A stretch of 64,000 nucleotides of DNA from Candidatus Bathyarchaeota archaeon (GTDB lineage: Archaea > Thermoproteota > Bathyarchaeia > Bathyarchaeales > Bathycorpusculaceae), in the NCBI GenBank assembly GCA_963717465.1, contig OY970340.1, positions 1,664,001 to 1,728,000 on the forward strand, in the 5' to 3' direction. The position numbers were made by a program, and so were the translations under genes. Positions 31,034 through 41,431 of the stretch are shown here, in pieces. A model generated the notes under the pieces. That model did not search any database. It worked only from the letters and a program-made list of their open reading frames with translations, and was not told the origin of the DNA. Numbering within the stretch: the stretch's first letter is position 1; every line of letters starts with the position of its first letter.

Positions 31034-33003
31034 ATGAATGAGAAACCCACGAATAGGCGTTTATATTTGTCACTGTGGCTTGAACATTGCTGCCACAGTT
31101 GATGTTAAATCAGTTGCAGAATATGCAAAGAATCTCCCTAATGTTGTTGTATCCAAAGATTACAAGTATACGTGTTCTGACCCTGGCCAGGAAATGATAA
31201 AGAAAGATATCAAAGAGCAAAAGCTTAACAGAATTATTGTTGCAGCTTGCTCTCCAAGGATGCATGAGCCTACTTATCGAAAGCTTTTGGAAGAATCAGG
31301 ATTAAACCCGTACTTGTTTGAAATGGTCAATATCCGAGAACAAGTTTCTTGGGTTCACATGAAGGATCCTGAAAAAGCCACTGAAAAAGCTAAAGACTTA
31401 ATCAGAATGGCAGTTGCTAAAGCTGCCTTATTGCAGCCTTTAGAAGAACAAGAAGTTCCTGTATTAAAATCGGTACTTATAATCGGCGGCGGTATTGCTG
31501 GTATTCAAGCAGCCCTTGATTTAGCTGATCAAGATTACAAAGTTACCTTAGTGGAAAAGAAGCCAACCCTCGGAGGTCATATGGCTCAGCTTGACAAGAC
31601 TTTCCCGACAATGGACTGCTCAATCTGTATTTTCGGTCCTAAAATGGTTGACGTCTACAAACACCCAAACGTTACACTTCTAGTTAACAGTGAAGTGCAA
31701 GATATCTCTGGTGCAGCGGGTAACTTCCATGCAAAAGTCTTGAAGAAAGCAAGATATGTTGACGAGAAGAAATGTGTCGGTTGCGGCGTATGCGCAACAA
31801 AATGTCCAATTAAGACTCCTAACGAGTTCGACAAGAATCTTGGTATGCGCAAAGCAATCTACATCCCATTCCCGCAAGGAGTTCCAGCTAAATACACGAT
31901 TGATAAAGAACACTGCTTGTTCTTCACTAAAGGCGTCTGTAAAGTTTGCGAGAAAATGTGTGAAGCCAAAGCAATCGACTATACTCAAGAAGACCAAGTT
32001 GTTGAATTCGATATTGGCGCGATTGTCGTTGCAACAGGCTATGATACTTTTGATCCCCAAATACAAAAAGAATGGGGCTACAAAAAGTATCCAAACGTTG
32101 TTAGCAAGCTTAGACTTAGAAAGATTGATTAGTGCTTTTGGTCCAAAGGAAGGCAAACTTGTACGTCCCTCAGACGGTAAAGAGCCTCATTCAATCGGCT
32201 TTGTCCAATGCGTAGGTTCAAGGGATGAACGAGTAGGAAATCCATACTGTTCAAACATTTGTTGCATGGCAACAATCAAGCAAGCCGTCCTTCTAAAAGA
32301 GAAGCACCCCGAATTCGAAATTTACGTCTTCTATAATGACATTAGAGCTTTCGGTAAAGGCTTTGAAGAATTTTACAACAGAGCACGGGCGAACTTTATA
32401 ACTTTCATAAAAGGCATACCTTCTGAACTGTCAGAAGACCCATCAACACACAACATCAACTTAAGAAGCGCTGACATGGTTCTTGGAAAAACAGTCGAAT
32501 TAGACCTTGACATGGTAGTTCTCGCAGTCGGTATGGTTCCGCCAAAAGATCTCGCTGAATTAGCAAGCAAACTCAGAATTCCGAGAGGCGCAGACGGATT
32601 CTTACTTGAAAGCCACCCGAAACTTAAACCTGTTGATGCACCAACTACTGGAATATTCCTTGCTGGCGCCGTTCAAGGACCAAAAGATATTCCGGCAACA
32701 GTTGCCCAGGCAAAAGCGGCTGCTTCAAGTGTGGCATCCCTGTTATCTAAAGGGAAAATTAAGGCAGAGACGAACATAGCAAACGTTAACGAAGAAAAAT
32801 GCTTAGGTTGCGGCCTCTGCGAATTAGTTTGTCCCTATAAGGCTGTACGAGTTGAGGTTACTCCAAAGGGAAGAAAAGCTAAGGTAATATCCTCGTCATG
32901 TAAAGGATGCGGAACATGCGCCGCCACCTGCAGGTGTGGAGCTATAGACATCAAAGGCGTTACAGATCAGCAAATAAACTCTATGATAGTTGCGTTAAGG
33001 TGA
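31034..33003 (+). CDS. hdrA: Heterodisulfide reductase subunit A, copy 1 (frameshifts ~31046 and ~32105)
   Basis: GVYICHCGLNI, AACSPRMHE, GGGIAG, KTFPTMDCSIC, QCVGSRD...YCSNICC, ferredoxin motifs. Confidence 0.93.
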
Positions 33004-33010
33004 ATATGAA

Positions 33011-33440
33011 ATGACTGAAGACTGAAAAGAACTGGGAACCAAAAATCTTAGCTTTCTTATGCAACTGGTGTAGTTATGCTGGAGCAGACCTTGCAGGAAT
33101 AAGCAGGATGCAGTATTCCCCTAACATTAGAGTAATCCGAGTTCCATGCTCAGGAAGAGTTAACCCATACTTCATAATAAAAGCCCTGCAAACCGGATGG
33201 GATGGAGTCCTGGTTTCTGGTTGCCACCCAGGCGACTGCCATTATATAAGCGGAAACCTTGCAGCAAGAAGAAGATTCGCTGTCCTGAAAGACTTGCTCG
33301 AATACATTGGAATCGAGCCTGGGCGGGTAAACTTTTCGTGGGTTTCAGCCTCTGAAGGTGACAAATTCGCTAAGGTTGTAAATGAAGTAGTAGAAACAGT
33401 GAAGGAGTTAGGGCCTCCTAATAAACTGGTGAAGAAGTGA
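33011..33440 (+). CDS. flxD: MvhD/FlxD-type [2Fe-2S] subunit (apparent indel near start)
   Basis: WEPKILAFLCNWCSYAGADLAG, PCSGRV, GCHPGDCHY. Confidence 0.88.
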
Positions 33441-33445
33441 TACTT

Positions 33446-34396
33446 ATGGCAGACATTGAGAATTCGATAAAAGAAACTGCTGAAAAGCTTCTTAACGAGA
33501 AAAAAGTTGACGTAATAATCGGATATGAAAAGGGAACCTTGCCTCTCCGTACGACTCCTTGCTTTGTGGACAAAGCTGGAGACGTTAAGAAACTGGTTTG
33601 GAACCCAAGCTGCGATGCCAACCTTGCAAAATACGTAGTGGGCAGAAAGGGAAAAGTAGGCATCATCGCAAAGGGTTGTGACGCGCGGCTAATAACGGTT
33701 TGTGAAATAGAAAACCAGATTCCAAAAGAAAACGTGGTTGTAATAGGCGTCCCTTGCGTAGGAGTTATTGATAGGAAAAAGATAGAAGAGAAACTTGAAG
33801 GTAAAGAAGTTCTCGAAAGCACGATTGAGGGCGACCAAATCAAGGTTAAGGGTGAAGGTTTCGAGGTTTATTTGCCATTAAAAGAGTTTCTCTCTGACTC
33901 ATGTATAACTTGCAAGCATAGAAACGCACCCATCTGCGATGTGTTTGTTGGAGAAAAAAGTCCGGAAAATGCAGAGGTAGACCAGTTCGCTGAAGTTTCT
34001 AAGCTCGAAGCAAAGTCACCAGATGAAAGATGGAAACATTTCGAAGAGGATCTAAGCAAATGCATCAGATGCTACGCTTGCCGGAATGTTTGTCCTCTCT
34101 GCTACTGCAAAACATGCGTGGTCGACCAGAATATGCCTGCTTGGATTGGCAAAACGAATGATCCCTCAGACACGATGATCTATCACATAGCCCGAGCTTT
34201 ACACGGCGCTGGAAGATGCGTTGACTGCGGAGCCTGCACTCGAGCTTGTCCCATGGGCATTAACCTCAGTGAACTCATGAAGAAAGCTGAAAAAATCATG
34301 AAAGAACGATACGGCTTTGAAGCGGGAGTAAGCCAAGATAAAGTTCCTCCGTTGGGAGAGAACAAACCGGATGATTCCCAAGAATTCATCAAGTAA
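33446..34396 (+). CDS. flxC: FlxC/FdhB-like 4Fe-4S protein
   Basis: IGYEKG, KGCD.R, CIRCYACRNVCPLCYCKTC, AGRCVDCGACTRACP. Confidence 0.8.
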   Translation: MADIENSIKETAEKLLNEKKVDVIIGYEKGTLPLRTTPCFVDKAGDVKKLVWNPSCDANLAKYVVGRKGKVGIIAKGCDARLITVCEIENQIPKENVVVIGVPCVGVIDRKKIEEKLEGKEVLESTIEGDQIKVKGEGFEVYLPLKEFLSDSCITCKHRNAPICDVFVGEKSPENAEVDQFAEVSKLEAKSPDERWKHFEEDLSKCIRCYACRNVCPLCYCKTCVVDQNMPAWIGKTNDPSDTMIYHIARALHGAGRCVDCGACTRACPMGINLSELMKKAEKIMKERYGFEAGVSQDKVPPLGENKPDDSQEFIK

Positions 34397-34397
34397 A

Positions 34398-35433
34398 ATG
34401 GAGGCAGCAAAGTTGAAAGTAATAGAAAAAAGCAAAATGCCTGATTTCGTTAACGGTCTAATCAAAGAATATGAGGTTTTCGCGCCAGTCAAGGACAAAA
34501 ACATAGTATCCTTCGGAAAAATCTCCTCTGAAAATCAAGTCTACCTAAATGCTCCAAACACGAAGAAGCCTGTTAAAGAGGTTTTCCTTCCGCAAACCGA
34601 GACACTTTTCACCTACAAAGTGGACGGTAAAAACGCGGAGGTAGTACCATCTCCAACTGTGAATGGAAAACGAGTAGTACTAGGTGTTCGTCCTTGCGAT
34701 GCTAGAAGCTTAGTAATGATGGACAAATTTTTTGGTGGGGGATACCAAGACGTTTACTTCTTAGATAAGAGAAAGAACACGACCGTGATCGGATTAGCCT
34801 GCAATCATCCTCTGAGCACTTGCTTCTGCACTTCAGTTGGAGGAAATCCGTCAGCAAAGGAGGGTATGGATTTACTCCTTCACGACGTAGACGGTAAATA
34901 CTTGGTAGAACCAGTCACTCAAAAAGGAGAAGAAGTCATCAAAAAGTTTCCATGGCTTGCCGATGCTGAAAAAGCAGACGAGGAAAAGGCAAAGCAGCTA
35001 GCTGAAGACGCTGAAAAAGCAATAACCTCTAAGGTTTTAGCTAAAGATGTAAACGTTAAGCTCTGCAAAATGTTCGATGATCCAATATGGGACCAGATAT
35101 ATCAGAAGTGCTTAGGCTGCGGAATCTGCGCTTTCCTTTGTCCCACCTGCACCTGCTTTGACGTTGTAGACGAAGGAGCACAGCATGAAGGAAAAAGAGT
35201 CAGAATTTGGGATTGCTGTCAATTTGGCTGCTTTACACAGGAAGGTTCTGGACATAATCCTCGCCCCTCAGGAAAGGAGAGAACGAGACAAAGAATCATG
35301 CACAAATTCGAACTATTGCGTTGATAATTACGGCGAAGGCTTCTGCGTAGGCTGTGGAAGATGCGTTCGTGAATGTCCAGTTAATCTTGACATCAGAGAA
35401 GTAATTGGCGCAATTAATCAGAAGGGTAAGTGA
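34398..35433 (+). CDS. flxB: FlxB/AsrA-like 4Fe-4S protein (frameshift ~35310)
   Basis: GVRPCD, CFCTS, CLGCGICAFLCPTCTCF, R.WDCC, RQRIMHKF, CVGCGRCVRECP. Confidence 0.82.
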
Positions 35434-35438
35434 GAAGA

Positions 35439-36277
35439 ATGAGTAATCCATATATTCCAAATCTTGCAGTCATCAAGAAAATCACAAGCGAAAACGACAG
35501 TTAACGACATAAAAACCTTTGACCTTGCTTTTAAAGACCCTGAGGCGATGAAGAATTTCAATTATACATGTGGTCAGTTCGCAGAAATCTCTGTCTTCGG
35601 AGCTGGAGAGTGCCCGATAGGCATAGCTTCATCACCCATGGACAAAGATTGCATCCAATTCACCGTGAAAAAAGTAGGCGTTGTCACGTCGACCTTGCAC
35701 AACAGCGACGAAGGAACCGTCGTTGGAGTCAGAGGACCTTTTGGCAATGGATTTCCAATGTCAAAATTAGAAGACCATAATCTCGTTATTATCGGGGGAG
35801 GATTCGCTTTCTCTACTTTGAGATCTCTAACAAAATTTGCTCTTCATGAAGAAAACAGAGACAAATTCAAAGACTTAACTATTATCTATGGAGCCCGCAA
35901 TCCTGGTGAACTTAATTCAAATATGACCTTGACGAATGGGCAAAAAGAAAAGACATCAGCCTTTCGTTACTGTTGACGCTGGAACTCCCAGCTGGACGGG
36001 GCTTGTTGGTTTAATTCCAAACATTGTCAAGCAAGTTGCCCCATCCTCAAAGAATTCAGTCGCCATCATTTGTGGTCCACCAGTAATGATAAAGTTCACT
36101 ATGCCTGTAATTCGCGACCTTGGCTTCTCCCCAGAAGATGTCTACTTATCCCTTGAAATGAGGATGAAGTGCGGCATTGGAAAGTGTGGAAGATGCAACA
36201 TAGGGAGCAAGTTCGTGTGTAAAGATGGTCCCGTATTCTCAAGCAAAGAGCTTGAGTCGATGACAAAAGAGTACTAA
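35439..36277 (+). CDS. flxA: FlxA/AsrB-like FAD/NAD(P)H-binding subunit (two frameshifts)
   Basis: GQFAEIS..G.GE.PI, RGPFGNGF, IGGG, YGAR, CGPPVM, EMRMKCGIGKCGRC...CKDGPVF. Confidence 0.85.
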
Positions 36278-36309
36278 GTTTAGCATGTTAACAATTTGAG
36301 GGAGTAAGA

Positions 36310-36840
36310 ATGCAAGAACAAAAAAGCGTAAAATTCGACCCAAAGTTCAAGTATGAAGTTGCAGCTATGCCTGGCGGCGAAAGCGTAAAATTCTGCTTTC
36401 AATGCGGCAAATGTGAAGCAACTTGCCCAATTAGGCGCTTCAAAGATCAGTATCGACCAGCACAAGTCATAAGAGCAATTATGGTTGGAGATCGCGAGGC
36501 AGCTTTAAACAGTCAAACCATTTGGTTATGCGCAACATGCTATTCATGCAGTGAACATTGCCCTCAGGGAGTACATTTCACTGATATAATGCAAGTTATC
36601 CGAAACATAGCTGTTGCTCAAGGAAAAACTAACCCGACTTACCAAAAAATCGCTGATGTTATTCTTGCTAACGGAAAAATCTTTGACTCCGTTGACTTCA
36701 TTAATGAAATGCGTTCTGATCTTGGGCTTCCACCAGTAACGACATTGAACAAAGAGGAAATGAAAAAAATGCTTAGTGACGCAAAAGAAGTTCATAAGAA
36801 ACATGAAAGTGAAGCAGCATGCAAAGAAAGAAAAAAGTGA
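36310..36840 (+). CDS. hdrC: Heterodisulfide reductase subunit C
   Basis: CFQCGKCEATCP; IWLCATCYSCSEHCPQGV. Confidence 0.92.
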   Translation: MQEQKSVKFDPKFKYEVAAMPGGESVKFCFQCGKCEATCPIRRFKDQYRPAQVIRAIMVGDREAALNSQTIWLCATCYSCSEHCPQGVHFTDIMQVIRNIAVAQGKTNPTYQKIADVILANGKIFDSVDFINEMRSDLGLPPVTTLNKEEMKKMLSDAKEVHKKHESEAACKERKK

Positions 36841-36859
36841 GCATCACTAGGTGATTTTA

Positions 36860-37738
36860 ATGAAGTATTTGTTTTATCAAGGTTGTACAACTCCGCAAAA
36901 AGAAAACGGGTATGAAGTATCAATGAGAAAAATCGCTTCCAAATTAGATATCGAGCTTGTTCCGCTTGAAGAACAAAACTGTTGCGGCTTCTTTGTTAAC
37001 CCAGTTGACCACTTTAGCTCGATGATAATGGCCGCACGAAACTTGGCGCTTTTTGATGCTGCTGGACTTGACGCTATTACTCCTTGCCCGGCATGCTTTG
37101 GTCATCTTACTAAAGTGAGAAACGAGCTTTTGGCCGACAAAAAATTGGCAGATGAAGTTAACGAAATCCTGCAAAAATACGGAAAGAAATTCACTGGCGT
37201 TCAAAAAATTAAACATTTAGTAAACGTGCTCATCGACGAAGTTGGCATGGAAAAAATCAAAGCATCAATAACAAGGCCGTTAACTAACTTAAGGGTTGCA
37301 CCTCACTATGGCTGTCACGTGCTCAAGCCATCTTACGAGGTAAATACTGATGATCCAGAAGATCCTGAATTGCTTGATTCCTTGGTTGCAGTAACAGGAG
37401 CTAAAGTTGTTGAATATAGCGAGAAGAAACTCTGTTGCGGTTCAACAGTTGCAAATGCCGACGAAGCTCTCTCTATTCAAATGACCAAAACTAAACTAGA
37501 GAGTGTGCGCAAGGCTGGAGCAGATGCAATTGTAACACTCTGTCCGGCATGTCATATGCAACTAGACCTTGTGGCAGGTGCAAAGCTTCGTGAAATCAGC
37601 CTTCCAGTACTGCATTATACTCAATTGCTTGGGCTTGCTCAAGGATTTAGTGCAGAAGAACTTGCATTCGGCGAAAACCGCATTGATACAGAAAGAGTCG
37701 TTGAAATAGCGTTATCGCCCGCCAGTAGTCTCTGCTGA
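36860..37738 (+). CDS. hdrB: Heterodisulfide reductase subunit B
   Basis: Two CCG domains: GC..CCG..CPAC and HYGCH..CCG..CPAC. Confidence 0.92.
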   Translation: MKYLFYQGCTTPQKENGYEVSMRKIASKLDIELVPLEEQNCCGFFVNPVDHFSSMIMAARNLALFDAAGLDAITPCPACFGHLTKVRNELLADKKLADEVNEILQKYGKKFTGVQKIKHLVNVLIDEVGMEKIKASITRPLTNLRVAPHYGCHVLKPSYEVNTDDPEDPELLDSLVAVTGAKVVEYSEKKLCCGSTVANADEALSIQMTKTKLESVRKAGADAIVTLCPACHMQLDLVAGAKLREISLPVLHYTQLLGLAQGFSAEELAFGENRIDTERVVEIALSPASSLC

Positions 37739-37987
37739 AAAAAAGTAGGTAAAGACATAGAAGACGATACTTCACTTGTAGATATTGATTCATCATTGTA
37801 CGTCTTCTCACTTATTTGTTTACAAATTTCTGCTCGAATGCCTAAAATTTAAGCCTGAGTAAATTGTAAATTTGAGCAGTATGAAACTTGTCCCTATGCC
37901 CTTGTAAATTATATTACATACAATAAATATTTATAAGGAAGATTTTTCGTCTAAAGATGCAACTGCATGCAGTGGATAGGAGAAAGT

Positions 37988-39994
37988 ATGAGTGAGAAAC
38001 CTAGAATTGGCGTTTATATATGCCATTGTGGTTTGAACATTGCCGCCACGGTTGATCCCAAATCAGTTTCAGAATACGCAAAAACTCTCCCTAATGTTGT
38101 TGTATCAAAAGATTATAAGTACACGTGTTCTGATCCTGGTCAAGAAATGATAAAGAAAGACATCAAAGAGCAAAATCTCAATAGAATTATTGTAGCTGCT
38201 TGCTCTCCAAGGATGCATGAGCCTACTTATCGTAAGCTTTTGGAAGAATCAGGGTTAAACCCCTACTTATTTGAAATGGTCAACATCAGAGAGCAGGATT
38301 CTTGGGTTCACATGAAAGACCCTGAAAAAGCCACCCAAAAAGCAAAAGACTTAGTCAAAATGGCAGTTGCCAGAGCTGCCTTACTAGAGCCTTTAGAAGA
38401 AAAAGAAGTCCCTGTGCTAAAATCAGTGCTTATAATCGGCGGCGGCATCGCTGGCATTCAAGCAGCCCTTGATTTGTCTGAACAAGATTACAAAGTTACA
38501 TTAGTAGAGAAGCAACCTATTATCGGAGGCCATATGGCTCAGCTTGACAAAACTTTCCCGACAATGGACTGCTCAATCTGCATTTTCGGTCCTAAAATGG
38601 TTGATGCCTACAAGAGCCCAAATGTTACACTTTTGGTTAACAGTGAAGTGCAAGATGTTTCGGGTGTAGCAGGTAACTTCCATATTAAAGTCTTGAAGAA
38701 AGCAAGGTATGTTGACGAGAAGAAATGTGTCGGTTGCGGTGTATGCGCAACAAAATGCCCAATTAAGACTCCTAACGAGTTTGACAGAGACCTCGGCATG
38801 CGTAAAGCAATCTACATTCCATTCCCACAGGGAGTTCCAGCTAAGTACACGATTGATAAAGAACACTGTTTATACTTCACTAAAGGCGTCTGCAAAGTTT
38901 GCGAGAAGATGTGTGAAGCCAAAGCAATCGACTACAAACAAGAGGACCAAGTTGTCGAATTTGACGTGGGCGCTATCGTAGTTGCAACGGGCTATGATAC
39001 TTTTGATCCTACAAAACAAGATGTATGGGGATACAAAAAGTATCCAAACGTTGTCACAAGCCTAGACTTGGAGAGATTAATCAGCGCATTTGGTCCAAAG
39101 GAAGGCAAACTTGTTCGTCCCTCAGACGGTAAAGAACCTCATTCAATCGCTTTTGTCCAATGCGTAGGTTCAAGGGATGAAACGGTAGGAAATCCTTGGT
39201 GTTCAAACATTTGCTGCATGGCTTCCCTTAAACAAGCGCATCAATTAAAAGAGAAGCATCCGGAAACAGAGATCTGCATTTTCTATATCGATCTAAGATG
39301 CTTTGGCAAAGGATATGAAGAATTTTACAATCGGGTCCAGAGCGAAGGAGTAAGATTCAACAGAGGCAAGGTTAGCGAGATTATTGAGAACAAGAAGACC
39401 GGAAATCTTCAGGTGAAATTTGAGAATACTCTTGCAGGCGAAGTGATTGAGAAAGAGTTTGACATGGTAGTTCTCGCAGCAGGTATGATTCCACCAAAAG
39501 GTCTTGCTGAATTAGCAAACAAACTTAGGATTCCAAGGAGCGCAGACGGTTTCCTGCTTGAAACTCACCCAAAGCTTAGACCAGTCGATGCACCGACTCC
39601 TGGAATATTCCTTGCAGGTGCCGTTCAAGGACCCAAAGACATTCCAGCAGCAGTTGCTCAAGCAAAAGCAGCAGCTTCAAGCGTAGCCTCATTACTGTCT
39701 AAGGGCAAGATAAAAACTGAATCAGCAATTGCACTGATAGATGAAGAACTGTGTAGCGGATGTAAAGTGTGCATCCCACTGTGTAGATATGACGCTATAA
39801 AAGTTAAAGAGAAAAATGGTAAGACAGTTGCCGAGGTGTCTGAAGTTTCATGCATGGGCTGCGGAACGTGCGCTTCAGGTTGCCCGACTAAATCAATAAC
39901 TATGAAGCACTTTACTGATAAGCAAATCTTAGCTGAAATACGCGCATTAGCGCCCGACGATAAATTGGTTGTTGAAACAGCAGGAGGAGCATAA
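37988..39994 (+). CDS. hdrA: Heterodisulfide reductase subunit A, copy 2 (intact)
   Basis: Same HdrA motif set as copy 1, uninterrupted ORF. Confidence 0.96.
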   Translation: MSEKPRIGVYICHCGLNIAATVDPKSVSEYAKTLPNVVVSKDYKYTCSDPGQEMIKKDIKEQNLNRIIVAACSPRMHEPTYRKLLEESGLNPYLFEMVNIREQDSWVHMKDPEKATQKAKDLVKMAVARAALLEPLEEKEVPVLKSVLIIGGGIAGIQAALDLSEQDYKVTLVEKQPIIGGHMAQLDKTFPTMDCSICIFGPKMVDAYKSPNVTLLVNSEVQDVSGVAGNFHIKVLKKARYVDEKKCVGCGVCATKCPIKTPNEFDRDLGMRKAIYIPFPQGVPAKYTIDKEHCLYFTKGVCKVCEKMCEAKAIDYKQEDQVVEFDVGAIVVATGYDTFDPTKQDVWGYKKYPNVVTSLDLERLISAFGPKEGKLVRPSDGKEPHSIAFVQCVGSRDETVGNPWCSNICCMASLKQAHQLKEKHPETEICIFYIDLRCFGKGYEEFYNRVQSEGVRFNRGKVSEIIENKKTGNLQVKFENTLAGEVIEKEFDMVVLAAGMIPPKGLAELANKLRIPRSADGFLLETHPKLRPVDAPTPGIFLAGAVQGPKDIPAAVAQAKAAASSVASLLSKGKIKTESAIALIDEELCSGCKVCIPLCRYDAIKVKEKNGKTVAEVSEVSCMGCGTCASGCPTKSITMKHFTDKQILAEIRALAPDDKLVVETAGGA

Positions 39995-39996
39995 AA

Positions 39997-40437
39997 ATGT
40001 CGACTGAAACTTTTGAGCCTAAAATTGTAGGTTTCCTTTGTAACTGGTGTAGCTACGCAGGTGCAGACTTAGCTGGAATCAGCAGAATGCAATATCCAAC
40101 AAACGTGCGAGTTATCCGCGTTATGTGTAGCGGAAGAGTTGATCCTGGTTTTGTTCTTGAAGCCTTCAAAAGTGGAGCTGACGCTGTTCTAATCGCTGGT
40201 TGCCACTTGCCTTCAGACTGCCACTACATCGGAGGTAATTTCAAAGCTAACCGAAGAATAGCGCTTCTAAGACAAGTATTAACCGGATTTGGCATTGAAC
40301 CTGAACGGCTTAGACTTGAATGGATATCTGCATCTGAAGGGGACCAGTTCGCAAAAACAATAAAAGAATTAACTGAACAAATACGAAAACTTGGTCCGAG
40401 TCCTTTGAAAAATGGGGTAAAGGAAAAGGTGAATTAA
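39997..40437 (+). CDS. mvhD: F420-non-reducing hydrogenase subunit D
   Basis: FEPKIVGFLCNWCSYAGAD, MCSGRV, GCH..DCHY. Confidence 0.94.
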   Translation: MSTETFEPKIVGFLCNWCSYAGADLAGISRMQYPTNVRVIRVMCSGRVDPGFVLEAFKSGADAVLIAGCHLPSDCHYIGGNFKANRRIALLRQVLTGFGIEPERLRLEWISASEGDQFAKTIKELTEQIRKLGPSPLKNGVKEKVN

Positions 40438-40441
40438 GAAA

Positions 40442-41431
40442 ATGTGCGCTGAAAAATTAAAATTAGCCTTTTACTGGGCTGCAAGCTGCGGTGGATGCGA
40501 AATCGCTGTATTAGACATAAATGAAAAAATACTCGATGTCTTAAACATCGCTGACATAAAATTCTGGCCAGTTGCAATGGACATTAAGTACAAAGACGTC
40601 GAAGCGATGCCCGACAAATACCTTGACATAACTTTCTTTAACGGTTCAGTCAGAAGCGAAGAACAAGAACACATGGCCAAACTGCTTAGAGAAAAATCAA
40701 AAACACTCGTCGCGTTTGGATCTTGTGCTCAAGAAGGATGCATACCTGGATTAGCAAACCTGCACACAAAGAATGAAATCTTCAACACAGTATATCTTGA
40801 CAAACAAAACCCGTCACTTTCAAACACAGAAGGCGTTTCACCTAAACTCTCAACACAAGTTAAAGAAGGCACATTAAAACTTCCCGCACTATTCGATACA
40901 GTTAAGACATTAGACCAAACTGTTGACGTAGACTATTATATCCCAGGCTGTCCACCACCAGTAAAACTGATCCTTAACGCAGTAAACGCAGTTGCAACAG
41001 GAAAACTGCCACCAAAAGGTTCAGTTTTAGCACCCTTAGAATCAGTTTGCTTCGAATGCCCCCGCAAGAAGGAAAACAAGAGCATAGAGAAAATTTACCG
41101 AGTTCACGAAAAAACTCCCGAACCTGAGAAATGCCTGCTTGAACAAGGAATAATATGCATGGGACCAGCCACCAGAAGCGGTTGCGGCGCTCAATGTTTA
41201 ACGGTTGATATGCCTTGCACAGGTTGCGGCGGACCTTGTCCAAACGCTTTGGAGCAAGGTGCGTCAATGATTAGTGCATTGGCTTCAATCCTTGACTTGG
41301 CTGATGAGAATACAAAGTATAGTCTTGAGGATGTCAACAAGGTTATGTCTCAAATTAAAGATCCGGTTGGAACGTTTTACATGTATTCGCTACCAAGCTC
41401 AATTTTGAAAAGAAAGGTGATTAAACAATGA
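40442..41431 (+). CDS. mvhG: F420-non-reducing hydrogenase small subunit
   Basis: WAASCGGC, FGSCA, PGCPP, VCFEC, CMGPATRSGCGA.C...PCTGCGG. Confidence 0.92.
   Translation: MCAEKLKLAFYWAASCGGCEIAVLDINEKILDVLNIADIKFWPVAMDIKYKDVEAMPDKYLDITFFNGSVRSEEQEHMAKLLREKSKTLVAFGSCAQEGCIPGLANLHTKNEIFNTVYLDKQNPSLSNTEGVSPKLSTQVKEGTLKLPALFDTVKTLDQTVDVDYYIPGCPPPVKLILNAVNAVATGKLPPKGSVLAPLESVCFECPRKKENKSIEKIYRVHEKTPEPEKCLLEQGIICMGPATRSGCGAQCLTVDMPCTGCGGPCPNALEQGASMISALASILDLADENTKYSLEDVNKVMSQIKDPVGTFYMYSLPSSILKRKVIKQ

Noticed and set aside
34398..36277. Anaerobic sulfite reductase or group 3b sulfhydrogenase
   Set aside because: No asrC or cognate 3b hydrogenase subunits; hdrA-mvhD-fdhB-like context fits Flx
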